This document shows, piece after piece, positions 38,626 to 51,988 of a stretch of DNA of 64,000 nt. Location of the stretch: positions 2,320,485 through 2,384,484 of the forward strand of contig MU053431.1 in assembly GCA_013239625.1 (NCBI GenBank), read 5' to 3'. The position numbers and the translations under genes are program-made. This stretch comes from Lama guanicoe. Its lineage: Eukaryota. The notes under the pieces are model-generated. The model was not told where the DNA came from, ran no database searches, and saw only the letters and a list, made by a program, of their open reading frames with translations. How positions within the stretch are numbered: position 1 is the first letter of the stretch; each line of letters starts with the position of its first letter.

Positions 38626-38849
38626 ATGTTCTGGCATAGTTTTTCCCAAGAGCACTTGTTAAAGAAGGAAACAATTGTACAAAACTTGCTTACAAAAATC
38701 AGAAGTACGAACAGAGAGAGAACAACAGCAGCAGAAGTCAGAAGCAAGCCACGGGGCTGGGACGGAAGGCAGCCTGACCCTGCTGCGCTCCGAGGTCACG
38801 TCACACGTCTGCGTCCTGCTCGGCGGGAAGGAAGCGTGTACAGAAGGCG

Positions 38850-39395
38850 TCTCAGCACATGCACATCGTGACCTGTCCTCCAGGCCCTCTCTGGGTTGAT
38901 GGGAGGGAAGGGGGCAGGGCACAGCCTTCAGAAGCATGACGCGGCCATTGGGGGCGCGACATGAGCTGCTTCGCGCCAACAAAGCCCACGATGGTGGAAG
39001 ATTGGACTTCCAGTCGACCCTGAGCCTCATGATGCACTCACACAATACTTCAGCTGCCACGTGACACCCCCACAGGCGCCGTGACAGTCCTGAGCTGACC
39101 ATACAAGGCCCCAAAGTGGACTCCGGGAAGTCCCCGCCCCTTTCCCAAAATAGTTGGGATAATCCCCCCACTTGTTAGCGTCTAAAGTTCCCGAGCCCAT
39201 AAAACCACCGCACCCAGGGCCTGTCGTGCTGGGACGGCCCACCCTCTGTCCAGGGACTGTGCATCTCCCTGAATAAATCCGCTTTCATTTTACTTCTGAA
39301 TTCTTTCCTGCATGAAGCCAAGGACCCTCACTCTCAGGGACTTCCTGGAGACCAGGGACATGACCACCCTCACAGACCCCCATCACCCTGCATCG
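38850..39395 (+). mobile_element. ERV1-class solo LTR
   Basis: Promoter-like cgcccctttccc, TATA-like cccataaaa ~39197, AATAAA at 39272-39277 followed by U5-like ctgaattctttcctgcatgaagccaagga. Confidence 0.6.
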
Positions 39396-39620
39396 CCCTC
39401 TGGCCTCACAGGCATCCAGAGCCAATAGCCCGTTTCCTCATCTCAGCAGGAATTCTCCCCCAAACTCCAGACGCAGGGTTCCTCAACCTCTTCAGCCCTC
39501 CCTCTCCTTGTCAAGCAGGCCTCACCCTAACCCTGGACCCCTCTGCCCTCCCTACGTCATCAGCAGGTCCGTCCACACTGGCCTCCCTGTTAGAACAGTC
39601 CTTTCAAAACTCTGCTCTGG

Positions 39621-39650
39621 GAGGGACGTGGAGGGACGTGGAGGGACGAG
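39621..39650. repeat. 10-bp tandem repeat (GAGGGACGTG) x3
   Basis: gagggacgtg gagggacgtg gagggacgag. Confidence 0.8.
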
Positions 39651-41619
39651 GTGGGACTAAGTCTAGGAAAGGACAGTGGCCACAGCCTTCATCATGTGAG
39701 TGAAGCACGGAGTCTCCGTATCTCCCCAGGGTCCCTACCAACCACAAAGGGAAAGGTGGCTTTGTGGTGCAGACGCCCAGGGACAGGATGTCAGCACAAA
39801 CAGGACAGCCTGACTTCATGGGCTCTGGGCACGACGCACAGGGGCTCACAGGCAAACCTTAACCAGTCTCAAGGAAACATCACAGACTCGGCAAATGACC
39901 CTCAGAACGTCCAGACGCAGAACGTGGCCTGGGTTCTCAGAGGGGATTTGTCAGGAAAGCACGCGTGTGAAATTACTAGACGGTTCCAATTTGAATTGGC
40001 ATCTGTAATATTGCATCGATGCTGAACTTCCTCTTGACAACTGACAAGAAGCACCAGTTCCCACATGAAGCAGGAGGGGTAAGCGGCATGGTGCCTGCAA
40101 CTTGCTCAGACGGTTCAGAAATGAAAGTTCTTACAGACGACAAACCACACAGGACACGATGTGAGCAGCTGGTCAGTCTAGAGTACATGAAAGTTCTTTG
40201 CACATTTACTACACATTTGTGTGCATTTGTTTGAAATGACATTAAATTAAAAAGTCACAGAATCATCCTCTGACCCCCTTGCTAACGCTTCCCTCTAAGG
40301 CCCGCTGCCTTTGCCTGAAGACACTGGAAAAGCCCCAGAGGCCCCCCGCGGCATCTCCGTAGGGCCCAGCCACGTCCACCTGCAGTATGGTCTGGTCCTC
40401 GGCGGGGCCCAGCAGCCTCACCCAGCAGAACTCACCCAGCAAGACACCCACCCCAGCAGAACTTTAAGGGCCGTCAAGAACCCCCCAAGGACACACCCAG
40501 CGACCCTCCCAGAAGGGAGGGCGGTCACACCCCGGCCCAGGAGCAAGTGGGTTGCTGAGTCCACGGATGGGAGGGTCCCCGATCGCATCAGCATCCCAGG
40601 GGGTCCTGGTTTAGCTTGTGGGGAGGGATCAGCCTTCCCCTGGCTCATGGGGAAAGGGTCACAGGGGACACATCCCACTGGGAATAGGGGATGGGTCGGG
40701 GGGCGATCTGACCACGAGGTGACACCCCAGGAAGGGTCTCCACCGTGGCTAGCCCCCGCTGCTCTCCCTGACCTGACTCCAAAATGCCTCTGCATGGTGG
40801 GCTCTCACCTCCACCCATGCGCCCCCACCCCACAACCTGAACCTCTTCAGGGGCCCCCAGACCAGTCCCTGAGCAGAGGGCCATCCTGGTGAAGACGCTG
40901 GACAAGCGCACCCTCCCCCCCAGGAGGAGCTGGCAGCCGCACCCCTTCCTGCCCCCACCTGAGGTCTGACTACTGGCAGGTCCTCCTCCAGGGCAGGGCC
41001 TTATGGGCTGAGGGTTCCTCCCTGTACCCCAGGCCCACCGCCCACCATCCTGGGTGCCCTGTCTCCATGGGGTCTTCCCCAGAATGACCTGCTGGAGATG
41101 CCCCAGTGACAACGAGGGAGGGTGGGGTGGGCTGCACCCCAGTCCCACAACGCACCTTGACCGAACACGCGGACTCCAGGCAGGGCCTGTGCGCAGAGTC
41201 TGCCGTGACTGGGGGTCCAGTTGGGCCTCCAATGCCAGAGCCCGCATCCTGCCTGGAGACGCAGACGAGGCTTGCTCCCGAGGCCGGAGATCTGAGTTCA
41301 CACTCCTGGCCACACAGCCCACCGGGGTCTCCAGGACCTGCTGCTGCAGGAGGGGTTGGCCGCTGATGGAGTGTCGTCTGCGTGGCAGATGCTGGGCTGC
41401 AGGGGACACGATCCTGCCTGTGGCCCAGAACACGTGGAGCGCGGGACAGAGCCCACCGCCCATGCTGGGGGAGGCACTGGGCAGGGGGAGGGGTCCCACG
41501 CCCACAGGCCCTCAGCTGATCTTGGAAGGGCGCTGGCCCAGGGCAAGGGCAGGCCACCCCACAGGCGGTGCTGGGGCCTCTCACCGAAAGCAGCTCAAGA
41601 GAGATCATCAGCATCTAAG

Positions 41620-42030
41620 CTGAATCGCAGAGTTTTTAGGAAACAAGAACACTTCACAGCCTCGGGGCAGGTAAATATTTCTTTAAAAGGACATGAAAAG
41701 CACTTTTAAAAAAAATCGATAAACTGGATTTCATAAACATCAAAAATTTCTGTTCTTTAAAAGATGCCCATGAGAAAAATGAAAAGACAGAGCATCGACT
41801 GAAAGAAAAAACTCAACATACACATATTTGATAAAGAACTGTATTTTCTTAATCTTAAAACTCAATAAATTTGAAAAGCCCAGTTTTCTTGAAACGAACA
41901 AAATAATTGAACAGACACCTCATATTGAAAAGTATACAAGAGACCACATGCATGTTAAAAAGGAGCTCAAATCCCTGGCCACCAGGGAAATGCAAGCCAA
42001 AGCCAGAGCGACACCGCTGGGAACCCGCTG
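41620..42030 (+). mobile_element. L1 ORF2 3' fragment
   Basis: gataaactggatttcataaacatcaaaaatttctgttc...gaacagacacctc...agggaaatgcaa, typical degraded L1. Confidence 0.7.
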
Positions 42031-42213
42031 GGAAGGCTCGATTTGGGAAGACTGGCGGTACCGGTGGACGGGGCGCTGCGGGGCAGGCGGTCCCGGAGAA
42101 GGAGGACCAGGCCTAGCTTTCTTGGCACGAGAAGCCGTTTTTGGCCTCCCCGTTTCATGATCTGAGCTGTTCCCAATGCTTGGCCTTGAACAGGAGCAGG
42201 TCTCAGTAATAAG

Positions 42214-42336
42214 ATTTTTTTTATTTATTTTTTATTTTGGGGGAGGCAATTAGGCTTTTATTTGTCTGTTTATTTTTACTTAATATTTTTAATGCATGCT
42301 AGGCACATACTCTGACCCTGAGCTACATCCTCCCCA
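42214..42336 (-). mobile_element. tRNA-derived SINE, camelid-like, internally deleted
   Basis: T-rich tail, ggggaggcaattagg, tttatttt, then gcatgctaggcacatactctgaccctgagctacatcc; taaga on both sides is a possible TSD. Confidence 0.6.
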
Positions 42337-42479
42337 GGAGTAAGACCTTGAGGGAACAGAAGAACAAAGGACTGAAACCAGCAGGAGAAGTGGCAGGGGC
42401 AGAGACAGTGCGTCAGCCTTTCTGACTCTCCCGGCTTTCATCGCTGCAGCTCAGACTCTGTCTGCCTTAGCCCCGAGTC

Positions 42480-45400
42480 TACGCCGAACTCTCCCCCTCT
42501 GCTCAGGCCCCTTCACCAACATGCACGCACCCTCAGCTCAAAACCTCCCCGGTTTTGCTGCTGGGGAGCCACTGCCTGGGAAAGGCCCGCGGTGCCCTCC
42601 TTACCTGCTGCGACTCCTGCACCTCCCTCCTGGCCATCCTTGGCGCTGTCGTCTGTCAGCTTCACACCCTCCGGGAGGTGCGTGCTGGTTCCGGGAGCAG
42701 AGCCGGACTCAGCCGCAGCACCGTGCCGACCCACTCCGCCCTCGGGACGTCGTTCCGCCCGCACCTCTGAATCAGGCTATGAAATTAATCCTGGGAAATT
42801 GTGCCTCAAAGGCCAGACGCTTCCTGTGCGGGCAGCTGATCAGCTGGGCTTACGTGTGCTTGCGAGTACTTAGTTGACAGCTGAAGGAAATCGGGCCCTA
42901 CGTGGCCAAGACGGGGTTCTTCCGGGCTCCGAAACTGAATTTTGAGCACGCGGTTAGAGCTGGCAGCCTTCTGTGCCTGCAGGGTCTGCTGGAAACAGCC
43001 GTGGTAAGTGTTTGCCCCTTTCTGAAACCAGATTAGCGGGGAAACACAGGGCTAGGGATTGGAAGGTCTGCTAAACTGTTGAAACTTTAGAGAGCGCTCA
43101 TCTCATACCATTGCACCCGTTTTCTTTCTTTCTTTGTTTCAACTTTTCAGTCATAGTGCACACCCCCTCCATTTCTTCTTCTTTTCCTTTGATCCTACCT
43201 GACCAGGTGTTTTGAAGCTTTTCGCCATTTTGGACAAAGTTCCCAAGGTCAAATTCTAAATGAAGTTCACTTGACCTCCAGCTAACTTGAAGGTTTTCCA
43301 GAGGGTCACAGGAATACCTCAGAACACTCGTTTTTCTCTCCATCTCAGAGACAGAGATTAAATTAACCAGGCTTGTTGGGTATGTCAAATTACATGGGAA
43401 ACTTTATCTAGTGAGTGGGGATACAGCGTCTTAGGTTGTGCCATACAGGTGAATGCTATTAACACAGATGTTCTAGACATCATATGGAACTCCCGAAGTT
43501 CTGGTGTGTCCTGGTAAATGAGCTCAGTCACGATTTTAGTAGTTATCGTAAATTGTTGTATGTCCCAGGAACCACCTTTCTTCTTGTCGGTCGCATTGTA
43601 ATCAGATCTTTAACCTCACATTTTTAAAGACTTTCGTCATTTATGGACAGTTATGATTTTATCCTGATGTTTTGGCAAAAATGCTTCATCTTCAAAAAGA
43701 TTCATAGAAGACTTTTTGGCAGGTACAGGTTTCTGATAACTTTCAGATCATAATGCTGAACTGGGTAAGAAATTAAAGAATTTCTTCTGGAAAATCTGAT
43801 GGCTGCATAAAACTGTTAACAGAAGATCACGGATCAGTCACATAGGGCTGAGCAAACGTATGAGTATGGGTATAATTTTAGTTTTTCTCTCTGAAATATT
43901 ACTTACTGGGTTTTAATCTGCGTTTTCCAGATACAAGGAACCCTTTGGACTATACCCTGCAAGTAGAATTGCAACATTGATCCTTTCCCTCTACCTGATC
44001 CCTCCAGAATCTGGAATCTCTTAGGTTCCCAGCAGCTTTCTCAGGAATATAAAGAAGTCCAACTCCCAACTGGTACAGGAATCTCCAGGCAATCTGGGGA
44101 CGTCAAGGAGAGAGGAATTCACCCACATCTGTCGATATCACAGATGGAGTCCACGACACACCTCTGGCCTGGCTTTCTTGGCCTGGGTGTTTTTAAAGTT
44201 TAGCCTGAGGATTCCTCAGGAGAAGTTTTAGCACAGCCAATTTAAAGAGTCTACGTGGTCAGTTAACCGAACTTATCTCACAAACAATTAGTCTTAATTT
44301 GGCTATATTTGGTAGGGAAATGAGGGTAGTTTTAGAGAGAAGGTTGTGTTTCAGTGGGTATTAAATTCTGGTTTTGCTAATTGAGGTCTGTGTCTACTGG
44401 CTAAGACTCACCTTCCGGACCACGCCCTGTAAAGTTTGTTATTAAAAGGTCACTCTAAGTTTGTTTCTGAAGCTCATCACGAACTTTGGAAGAAGACTGG
44501 ATTCACCACGACCTGCAACCAGGAGATTACTCATGCTGGACAAGACATCAGATAAAGTGCTCTTTGCAGCCGGTTTGGAAGATACCTCATCAAGCCTCTC
44601 CCGAATGAACTGCAAGTCCTGTTTCTTTCTTTCTTTCTCTGTCTTATGAGGGGGAGGTCACTGAGTCTATTTGTTTATTTATATGTGGAGGAGGTGCTGG
44701 GGATGGAACCCAGGACCTCCTGCATGCTAAGCGTGCTCTCTGCCCCCTGCGCGGCACCCGCCCCCCGCAACTCCTGCTTCTGACCTGCGGCTTCAGTTGG
44801 GACCAGCACTGCCCGACCAGGACAAGACGATGACACCCGGAGCAGACGGCTGAGCCAAGACGCCAGGCCAGGCCTGCAGCACGTAAGGTGACAACTGCTC
44901 ACAGTTTTGCTTATGAACCAGTGTATTTCCTCCTTGGGCTCAATCATACGCAAGTTTCAAAAATCAATCCAAATGCTGAGTTTGTGGCCAGTTACCTACG
45001 CCTCGTGCTCCCAGGTGGACTTGGTGGATTTCTCTCCTCCAAGGCTCTAACTGAACGGCCTTGAGAAATTTTGTTTTAAAAGCACCGTACGAGCTAATGT
45101 TACCACCAATATCACTAAGCGAGACCCTCTTACTTGGCCAATTAGCGGGGACTATACTGAACTGGGCCATAAATACGGCTTTTCACCAGATGTTGACTAT
45201 TGAGTAGCTCCTAACAGGACCCAGTGGTTGAGGAAGCACGGTCACGAGCTTTGTTCGGGGTATGCACCGTTGGTTTCCTCTGAGCTCAGGTCGCCTACGG
45301 GCAGCCGTGCAAACAGCCCCTGTCAATCTGCGACATCAGTCTGTAACATGAGCAAGCTGGTTTCTGTCAGGTTCCCAGTGATATGATCGTTTGGCCACAG

Positions 45401-45912
45401 TATTTGTTGACTCATCTTATGACCCATCAAGTGTCAGATTTCTGCTCTGAATGATCTTCCCAGTTCGGAGAATACCAGGGAAATGGTTTAGTTCAGGAAG
45501 ATCTTGACTTAAATCTTTGCTAATGACATTTTGGTGATCATCGTGGAACCTGTAAGGTGCTAGCTCCTTGCCTTTCATGGTGCGTCGTCTGCTCTAAGAT
45601 AATGATGCCTAAGCGACCTGGAACTATAGATCACGTCTAGAGTTCTCTATATCGTGATGGACATACACCATGCGCATGTGAAAACATAGGCTTCAGTCTT
45701 ACTGAACTAGAACTGGCTCTCAGTCCTTGCCGAACAGTCTTCTAGTATAGCCCCCACCCCCAGGCCCGAGAGAGAGAACTGGCTGTTAGGACCCTGCACT
45801 GAGGGGCGCGACGGGCCCGAGGCAGGCAAGCAGCCACCCTGGCATCAAGGGACCAAACGTTTGCTCGCCTAAAGCTTTCTGCTGAAAGACTAATGATCAA
45901 AGAGGGGCAAGT
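42480..45912 (+). mobile_element. Degenerate ERV1-class internal region, no intact ORFs
   Basis: gag-matrix-like remnant (LGNCASK; WPRRGS) ~42790-42960, weak env-TM-like remnant ~45240-45560, purine tract aaagaggggcaa just before an LTR. Confidence 0.55.
44670..44770 (-). mobile_element. tRNA-derived SINE, camelid-like, nested in the ERV
   Basis: Minus strand ...agagcacgcttagcatgcaggaggtcctgggttccatccccagcacctcc + A-rich tail; B-box-like GGTTCCATCCC. Confidence 0.7.
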
Positions 45913-46359
45913 TGTGAAACAAAATTCACATTTTATGGCAAAACAAGGATTTAAATGTGGTTTTTTTCTCTGCCCGTTGGCCTCTTCTCTCCCAGCACTG
46001 TGCACTGTGTGTCTGCGTTATGTGTTGACCAGACCTCCCCGCTCCTCAGAAATGCCTGCCCGACCGTAAAAAGCAGCGTTCTCCCAGCATCAGCGGGACG
46101 TCTCCTTAAAGACAACACTCCTTCTTGGTCCCGTGAGGGGCCGTGACGACGCTTAAACCTGGACTGTGTGAACCGTCAGTGAGGCGCCGTGTAACATGCA
46201 GCCCTCTGTCTCAAAGTTCCCTAACTGCCTTGACTCCCTATGGGCAGAACCGTTCTCAGAGGATTCTGAGATGCTGTTCCTGGGTTATAATCCTCAATTT
46301 GGCCCAAATAAAATTTCCATTTCTTTCTTAGATCAACTGATTAACTTTTCATCCGCACA
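45913..46359 (+). mobile_element. 3' LTR of the ERV (MER34/MER39-like)
   Basis: Starts TG after the purine tract, ends CA, AATAAA at 46307-46312. Confidence 0.65.
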
Positions 46360-46714
46360 ACCTAGAACGTAGTGGGGGAAGCCCACAAAGTAAACAGGAT
46401 GAGGAGGAAGTGTTATTCAGTGCAAGTGGGAACCCACCAAAAACAGTGTTTTTCAAACTTTTTGCCTGGAATCTGCAACCAAAGTTTCCCAAGTACCACT
46501 TTGACTCCACGTGACGCACACTGCGCCTTCTATCCTGCTCTCCTTGTTCCCTCTGTTCGGCTGTATCCTACTATCTTCATGTTTAAGAGAACACAATCTT
46601 CTAAACTGACTCCACAAACACTAAAATGTTACCGTCTGTTTGAAAGACAGTAACCAAGAAGCTATGTCAACCATTATCAACCAGAAGCCAAACCTTAAAA
46701 TACACAGAGCACCC

Positions 46715-48068
46715 AGTTTGACCTATAGATTTAGGGCAATCCCAGTCAAAGTCCCAGCAGGTTATTCTGTGGACATCGGCAAGGGTCACGTCGGGGGGAA
46801 ACAAAAGACCCAGAAGAGCCAACACGATACTGAGGAAGAAGAACGAAGTCAGAGGACGGACACCGCCCGACTTCGAGACTCACTGTAGAGCTGCAGGAAT
46901 CAGGACAGTGGTGCTGGTGAAAGAACAAACAGATCAATGGGGCCGAACAGAGAGCCCAGAAACAGACCCACAGACAGACTCCAGTGGTCTTTGACAAAAC
47001 AGCAGAGACAGTCTCTTCAACAAACGGTGCTGGAACCACCGGACGCCCACCCACGTGCGAAGGTGAATCGAGACCCAGGCCTGGCACCACGCACAGAACG
47101 AGCTCAGAGTGGGTCTCAGACCTAGAAGCAAAACGCAACACTCCTGGAAGGTAACACGGAAGAAAATCTAGGTGATCCTGGGTATGGCGATGACTCCTAG
47201 GTACACCACCAAAGGTGTGATCTGTGAAAGAAATGCTAGATAAGTAAGACTTCATTAAAATAAAAAAATAGGTCCTGCAAAAGATAGTATTAGGAGAACT
47301 AGAAGACACGCCACAAACTAGGGGAGTATATTTGCAAAAGACACACCTGATAAAGGACTGTTACCCAAATACACAAAGAATTCTGAAAACTCAACAATAA
47401 CAAAACAAACAACCCGATTTAAAAACGGCCAAGTACTTTAACAGACACCTCACCAAAGAAGACATACAAATGGCAATTCTCAAAACTCAGAAGCAACCAA
47501 GACGTCCTTCTGCAGGTGAATAAATAATAAACTGGGGTGCATCCAGACAGTGGAATATTATTCAGCACTAATCGAAATGAGCTGCCAAGTCATGAAAAGT
47601 CATGGAGGAAACTTAAATGCACTTAACTAAGTGAAGAAAGCCAGCGTGAAAAGGCTACAGACTGAGTGAACCCAACTGCATGACATTCTGGAAAAGACAA
47701 AACTATGCAGACGGCGAAAGGATCAGGGGTTGCCAGGGGCTGGGGAGATGGCAGGAGGAACAGGTGGAGCCCGGGGGACTTCAAGGCAGTGAAACCCCTC
47801 GGTGTGATGCTGTGCTGGTGGGTGCACACCACCATACACGTGTCCAGATCCGCAGATGCACACGCAAGAGTGAGCCCTGGCGTCAACTTCAGGCTCTAGT
47901 GACAGCATCCTGTCCGTGTAGGCTCACTGGCTTTAACAAATTTCCCACTGTCATGAGGCTGTTGGAGAGGCCTTGCCGGGGGTAGGGGGCATACAGGAAA
48001 TCTCTGTATTTCCCACTCAAGTTTGGTGTGAACCTAAAAATAAATATGAATAATAAATAAATAAAATA
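46715..48068 (+). mobile_element. L1 (L1MB/L1MC-like) ORF2 end and 3' UTR with A-rich tail
   Basis: tatagatttagggcaatcccagtcaaa..., cagtggtgctggtgaaagaac, agacttcattaaaataaaaa, aacagacacctcaccaaagaagacatacaaatggcaa; ends aataaataaataaa. Confidence 0.85.
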
Positions 48069-50042
48069 CATGATGTATTTTAAAGTATTTTATTTAAGAG
48101 ATGTCAAATCAATTCACTGGACAAATTGGAGACTGTAAGTCACCTCTCTCAGAAACCAAAAGATCAAGCTGAACAAAAAACAAATCCAAGTATAGAAACA
48201 AAAAACAAATCCAACAGCTAGTTAACTAGCCTGTTCCAAAAGATGCGAAACCCACTTGGCCAAGAGAAAACACACGTTTTGTTTTCAAGCACACACGGCA
48301 CTTACAAGAACTGATGTGGTACAGGCACCCAGCTGGGTGGTGGGGACCCCGAGATAGGGGACCTAGGCTGGGGCTGCGTGGGGACTGGAGGGACATTTGG
48401 GAGATGAAGATCATGTGGGACAGGGCGGGGAGTCCCTCCCGAGGACACCTGGGCTCTGGAGACCCGACACGCATCTGGTCCGCACACCCTGCCATATACA
48501 AGTGCCCCTCCCAACCTGCGGACTCCCGCACCGGTTCTGCCAACGTGGGGCCCAGCCACACTGCAGGGAGTGCGTCTGGGATGGACCGTGCGCTCCCCAT
48601 GTCCCTGGGAGGGGTGGGCCTTCTGTCTGTCGACTGGCTGTGTTGAGGCTGCACCTGTGCCCTTTGACCCTCTTCAACGTTTTCACTGATCAAAGAACAG
48701 GTTTTTGTGGGTGTTCTGCAAATCACTGGAGGATAAAAGTTGAGTTAGAAGGGCCTGCCTTGACCTGAGTGCCCCCACCAGTGAAGGCAGGCTGCCTCAC
48801 CTTCAAGCCCCCACCCTTTCTGGACCCTGCTCCCCACCAGCCCTGCTCTGCTCCTGGCAGTCCTGGCCAGCCCAAGGCTGCAGGAACCAGTGTACACAGG
48901 CCACAGCTGAGTGAGGCGCCAGGTGCAAGCTGGATCCACTACCAGAGTTTGGACCTTCAGAGGAGGAAGCAGCTGGTGCTTGGAGTCAGGGTCCCCGCTG
49001 CCCTGGGTCCAGGTGCCGAGTGTCCGCCACCCTGAGCCTTGGTGTGCTTCCCTGCACGCCTTCTCCACAGTAACGACACTAACAAGTGCTCAGCCACACC
49101 CCTCCCAAGCAGCCTCGCAGGGGTCCACCCCTCCCTGGGCATCTGTGGGCCCTCAGATCTGGTGGCCCAGGAGACAGTTCTGGGGGCAGCACCATCCACC
49201 CAGTTGCTCCGGCCAGCCTCCTAAGACCTCCCCTCCAGACGCGGCACCCTCCGCCACTCCGGGGCCATGGGGACTGCACTCCTGCCCTCCCACTGCCCGC
49301 CCTCCGCGCAGTGGTCTCTCCTGGCCACCCAGATGCTCCGTTCGTGTCCCTACACCACCGTCCACTCCTGACATTTCCTCTTGGGTGGTTCCCAGGCCAG
49401 AGGACGTGAATCTTTGAGCAGGAGCCTCAGCCTTGCTCAGAGGAGGCAGTGCTGAACTGTGCCCACCAAACGGGCATCGCACAGGCTCCACACCAGCTGC
49501 TCCACGGCTGAGGGCACGGTAAGGGCAGCAGGGCCACCCGCCCATCTGGGCTACGGAGCCCCCTCCCCATGCCTTGCCCACGCACACGCGTGAGGAGGAC
49601 CCTGAGGCGTGGCCGGGGGCTTTCCTCCTTAGTGGGGAGGGGGCACCGTGGTCATGAGACCCCTAGGAAGGGCTGTACTGGGAGCAAGAGACCGAGGACA
49701 CAAAGGGACCCACTTGGCCACCACTGGCCTAGGCACTCGAGGCTCGGTCAGCAACTGCCACTTCCAACTCAGGGCCAACCAGGCAAAGCCGAAGGTGCCC
49801 CCCAAACCGGTTGTGAGGCCAGCCACCCCCGTGAGCCGCACAGACCTTCGCTGCCCCAGCTTCCCAGCTTCTGCGAGCATGTATCTGTTCTCTGCCCAGG
49901 CAGGCAGGCCACGAGCACAGGTGCTGGGGACATGGCAGGAAGACCCCAGCCCTGGGTGCTGGCAGGAGCTGCATCCCCAGGGACGGGCCCCAACATGGAC
50001 AGCCTTTCAGCACAAGAGGCAAACACGAGATATGAAAAATGT

Positions 50043-50048
50043 TTTAAT
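50043..50048 (-). terminator. GMEB2: ATTAAA, probable GMEB2 poly(A) signal
   Basis: tttaat on + in an AT-rich patch with U/GU-rich sequence downstream on -; gives a ~1.95 kb 3' UTR. Confidence 0.55.
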
Positions 50049-51988
50049 TTTAAATCAAAGTACCAAGCAGATACTTGCAAAACAGCATACAAAGTAGAAC
50101 TCAGATGCCTCCCGTCGCCAGGCTGCCTCTGAGCCCCTCAAATCAAAACCCAAGCACAGGACAGCCCCTGCTGCCAGGGCTGAAGGGGAGGAAGGGGCGG
50201 GTGCTGACAGTGAGATGGCCTGACCCCCAGAGCCGGTGGTCTCTCAGAGGACAGTGGGCCCCTCCCCACACCCTGGGGCTTGGGGCCCGCCAGGCACAGT
50301 GTCCGCGGGAGTGGCTCCGGGCACCTCCGAGCGGGCAGAGGTGCCATGAGGGGCTGCGAGTTGACTCTGAAGCCTCCGTGGCTTCCATCTGTATGGCTCT
50401 GAAATGAACTTTCCACCCAGTGCCCCACGGCCTGCAGGTGTGGGCGGCTTTTGAGGACACGGCAGGTCTGACTGGGACAAAGGTTCCAAGGACAAGACAC
50501 CCAGTTTTGTTAGCGACATGGCCTGCCACAGTCTGAGCCAGACGCCCACGGGGCCCCACCGCTGCGTGTATCAGAGATGAGGCTGGAGGAGAAGCGCGTA
50601 ACAAACGAGGAAGTGACATCACGCAGGAACCGGCGACCCATGACAACGGCCGGCCAAAAGTGACGAACAAGACAGCCTCAGTGCTTGATGTGGGGCGAGG
50701 GTGCTGAGGCGGGGTCCTGGGCCCCTGACGGACACAGGACGGATGGACGGAGCCCAGGTCCCTTCAAAGTGCAAGGCGGACAGTGGCTTCTCTCTGGGTC
50801 TCTGCAGGTGACAGGAGGCCCGGGGTGGCCGTGGGGACCCCCTGCTGCAGCAGCTTGAGGCAGGGCGGCCTCTGCCTGGTCTTCTCCTGAGTCCAAGATC
50901 AGAACTGCAGCTAGCCGGCTGGTCCACACAGCCTTCCGCGGGCATCTGGGCACCTGCTTTGCCCAGCGCTGGCCCCCAATGCCCTGGGGCACAGTGTCAG
51001 CCAACAGGGTGCAGCCCACCTCCAGGTGGCGACAAGGTCCCGGGGGCTGAGGCTGCCACACCGGCCCCAGCAGCACAGGCGCTCGTGGGCCCCCATCGAG
51101 GCACGTAAGCACTGGGTGTGGACCCGCTATCCCACGCCCGGCCCAGGACTGACGCCCAGGGCTCGCCCGCCAGCACTCCCTGGAGGCCGTCCCTACAGCC
51201 CCTGTGGACAAAACACTCTGGAACCAGAGCAGACAGGGAAGCCTAGGCACTCAGCATCGCTTAGGCTGAAAACACTATAAATCTGACTCTTCCTAGAAGC
51301 CGACTAAGGAGTTCACTTAAAAACACCCACAGAGCGTGTGCAAGAGCCCGAGCCCTGAGCGTCTGCCGGGTGGTGGGGGGCGGTGCCCCACTCTGACCCG
51401 TGCTGCTCAGGCCCCTTGGCCCTCTGGCCAGGCGGGTGCCGGAGGTCTCATCCCGACTCCACAGCCCCTGAGCCATGACAGACCCGCTGACACCTGTTCC
51501 GGGGACGGGAGGACAGGGTGCTGGCCACACTAGCCCTACAGAAAACTGTGGGAAGAAACCAAATCCATAGGATCCATGAGTCTCCACACTTGGGGGCAGT
51601 TCCCAAGACACGTGCTAGCGACGGCCTCCCAGCCGGCGGGCAAGGGCTCTGCTCCCCGCTGCGCGCACGCCACCAGCCACACCTGGGCCTCCATGGCCTC
51701 CCCCGTGGGCTCCCGACCAGGGCCCAGTGTGTAAACAGTATTAATAAGCAACAAGTGGAAAAATATATTTCCCAAGAAAACAGGAGGAGGCTCGGGACTC
51801 GGAGACCATGTGCCAGGCCGTTGCAACGCCCCTTCCTCTCCTCACGTCTGTTTTGGCGTTTCCTCTCTTTGGTTCTGCAGCCCCACGTGGCCCCGTGGCC
51901 ACTGGGCGCTAGCGCCGAGCTCCCACCCGGCCGCAGCCTGAGAGGCGGCCAGCCCTGTGCCCGCGAGGGCCTCACCCTCCGCTGACAG

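Noticed and set aside
44690-44770. tRNA gene
   Set aside because: Degenerate A box, no clean cloverleaf and an A-rich tail; a SINE.
42480-45912. Domesticated retroviral gag or env gene
   Set aside because: No long ORF; only short interrupted remnants.
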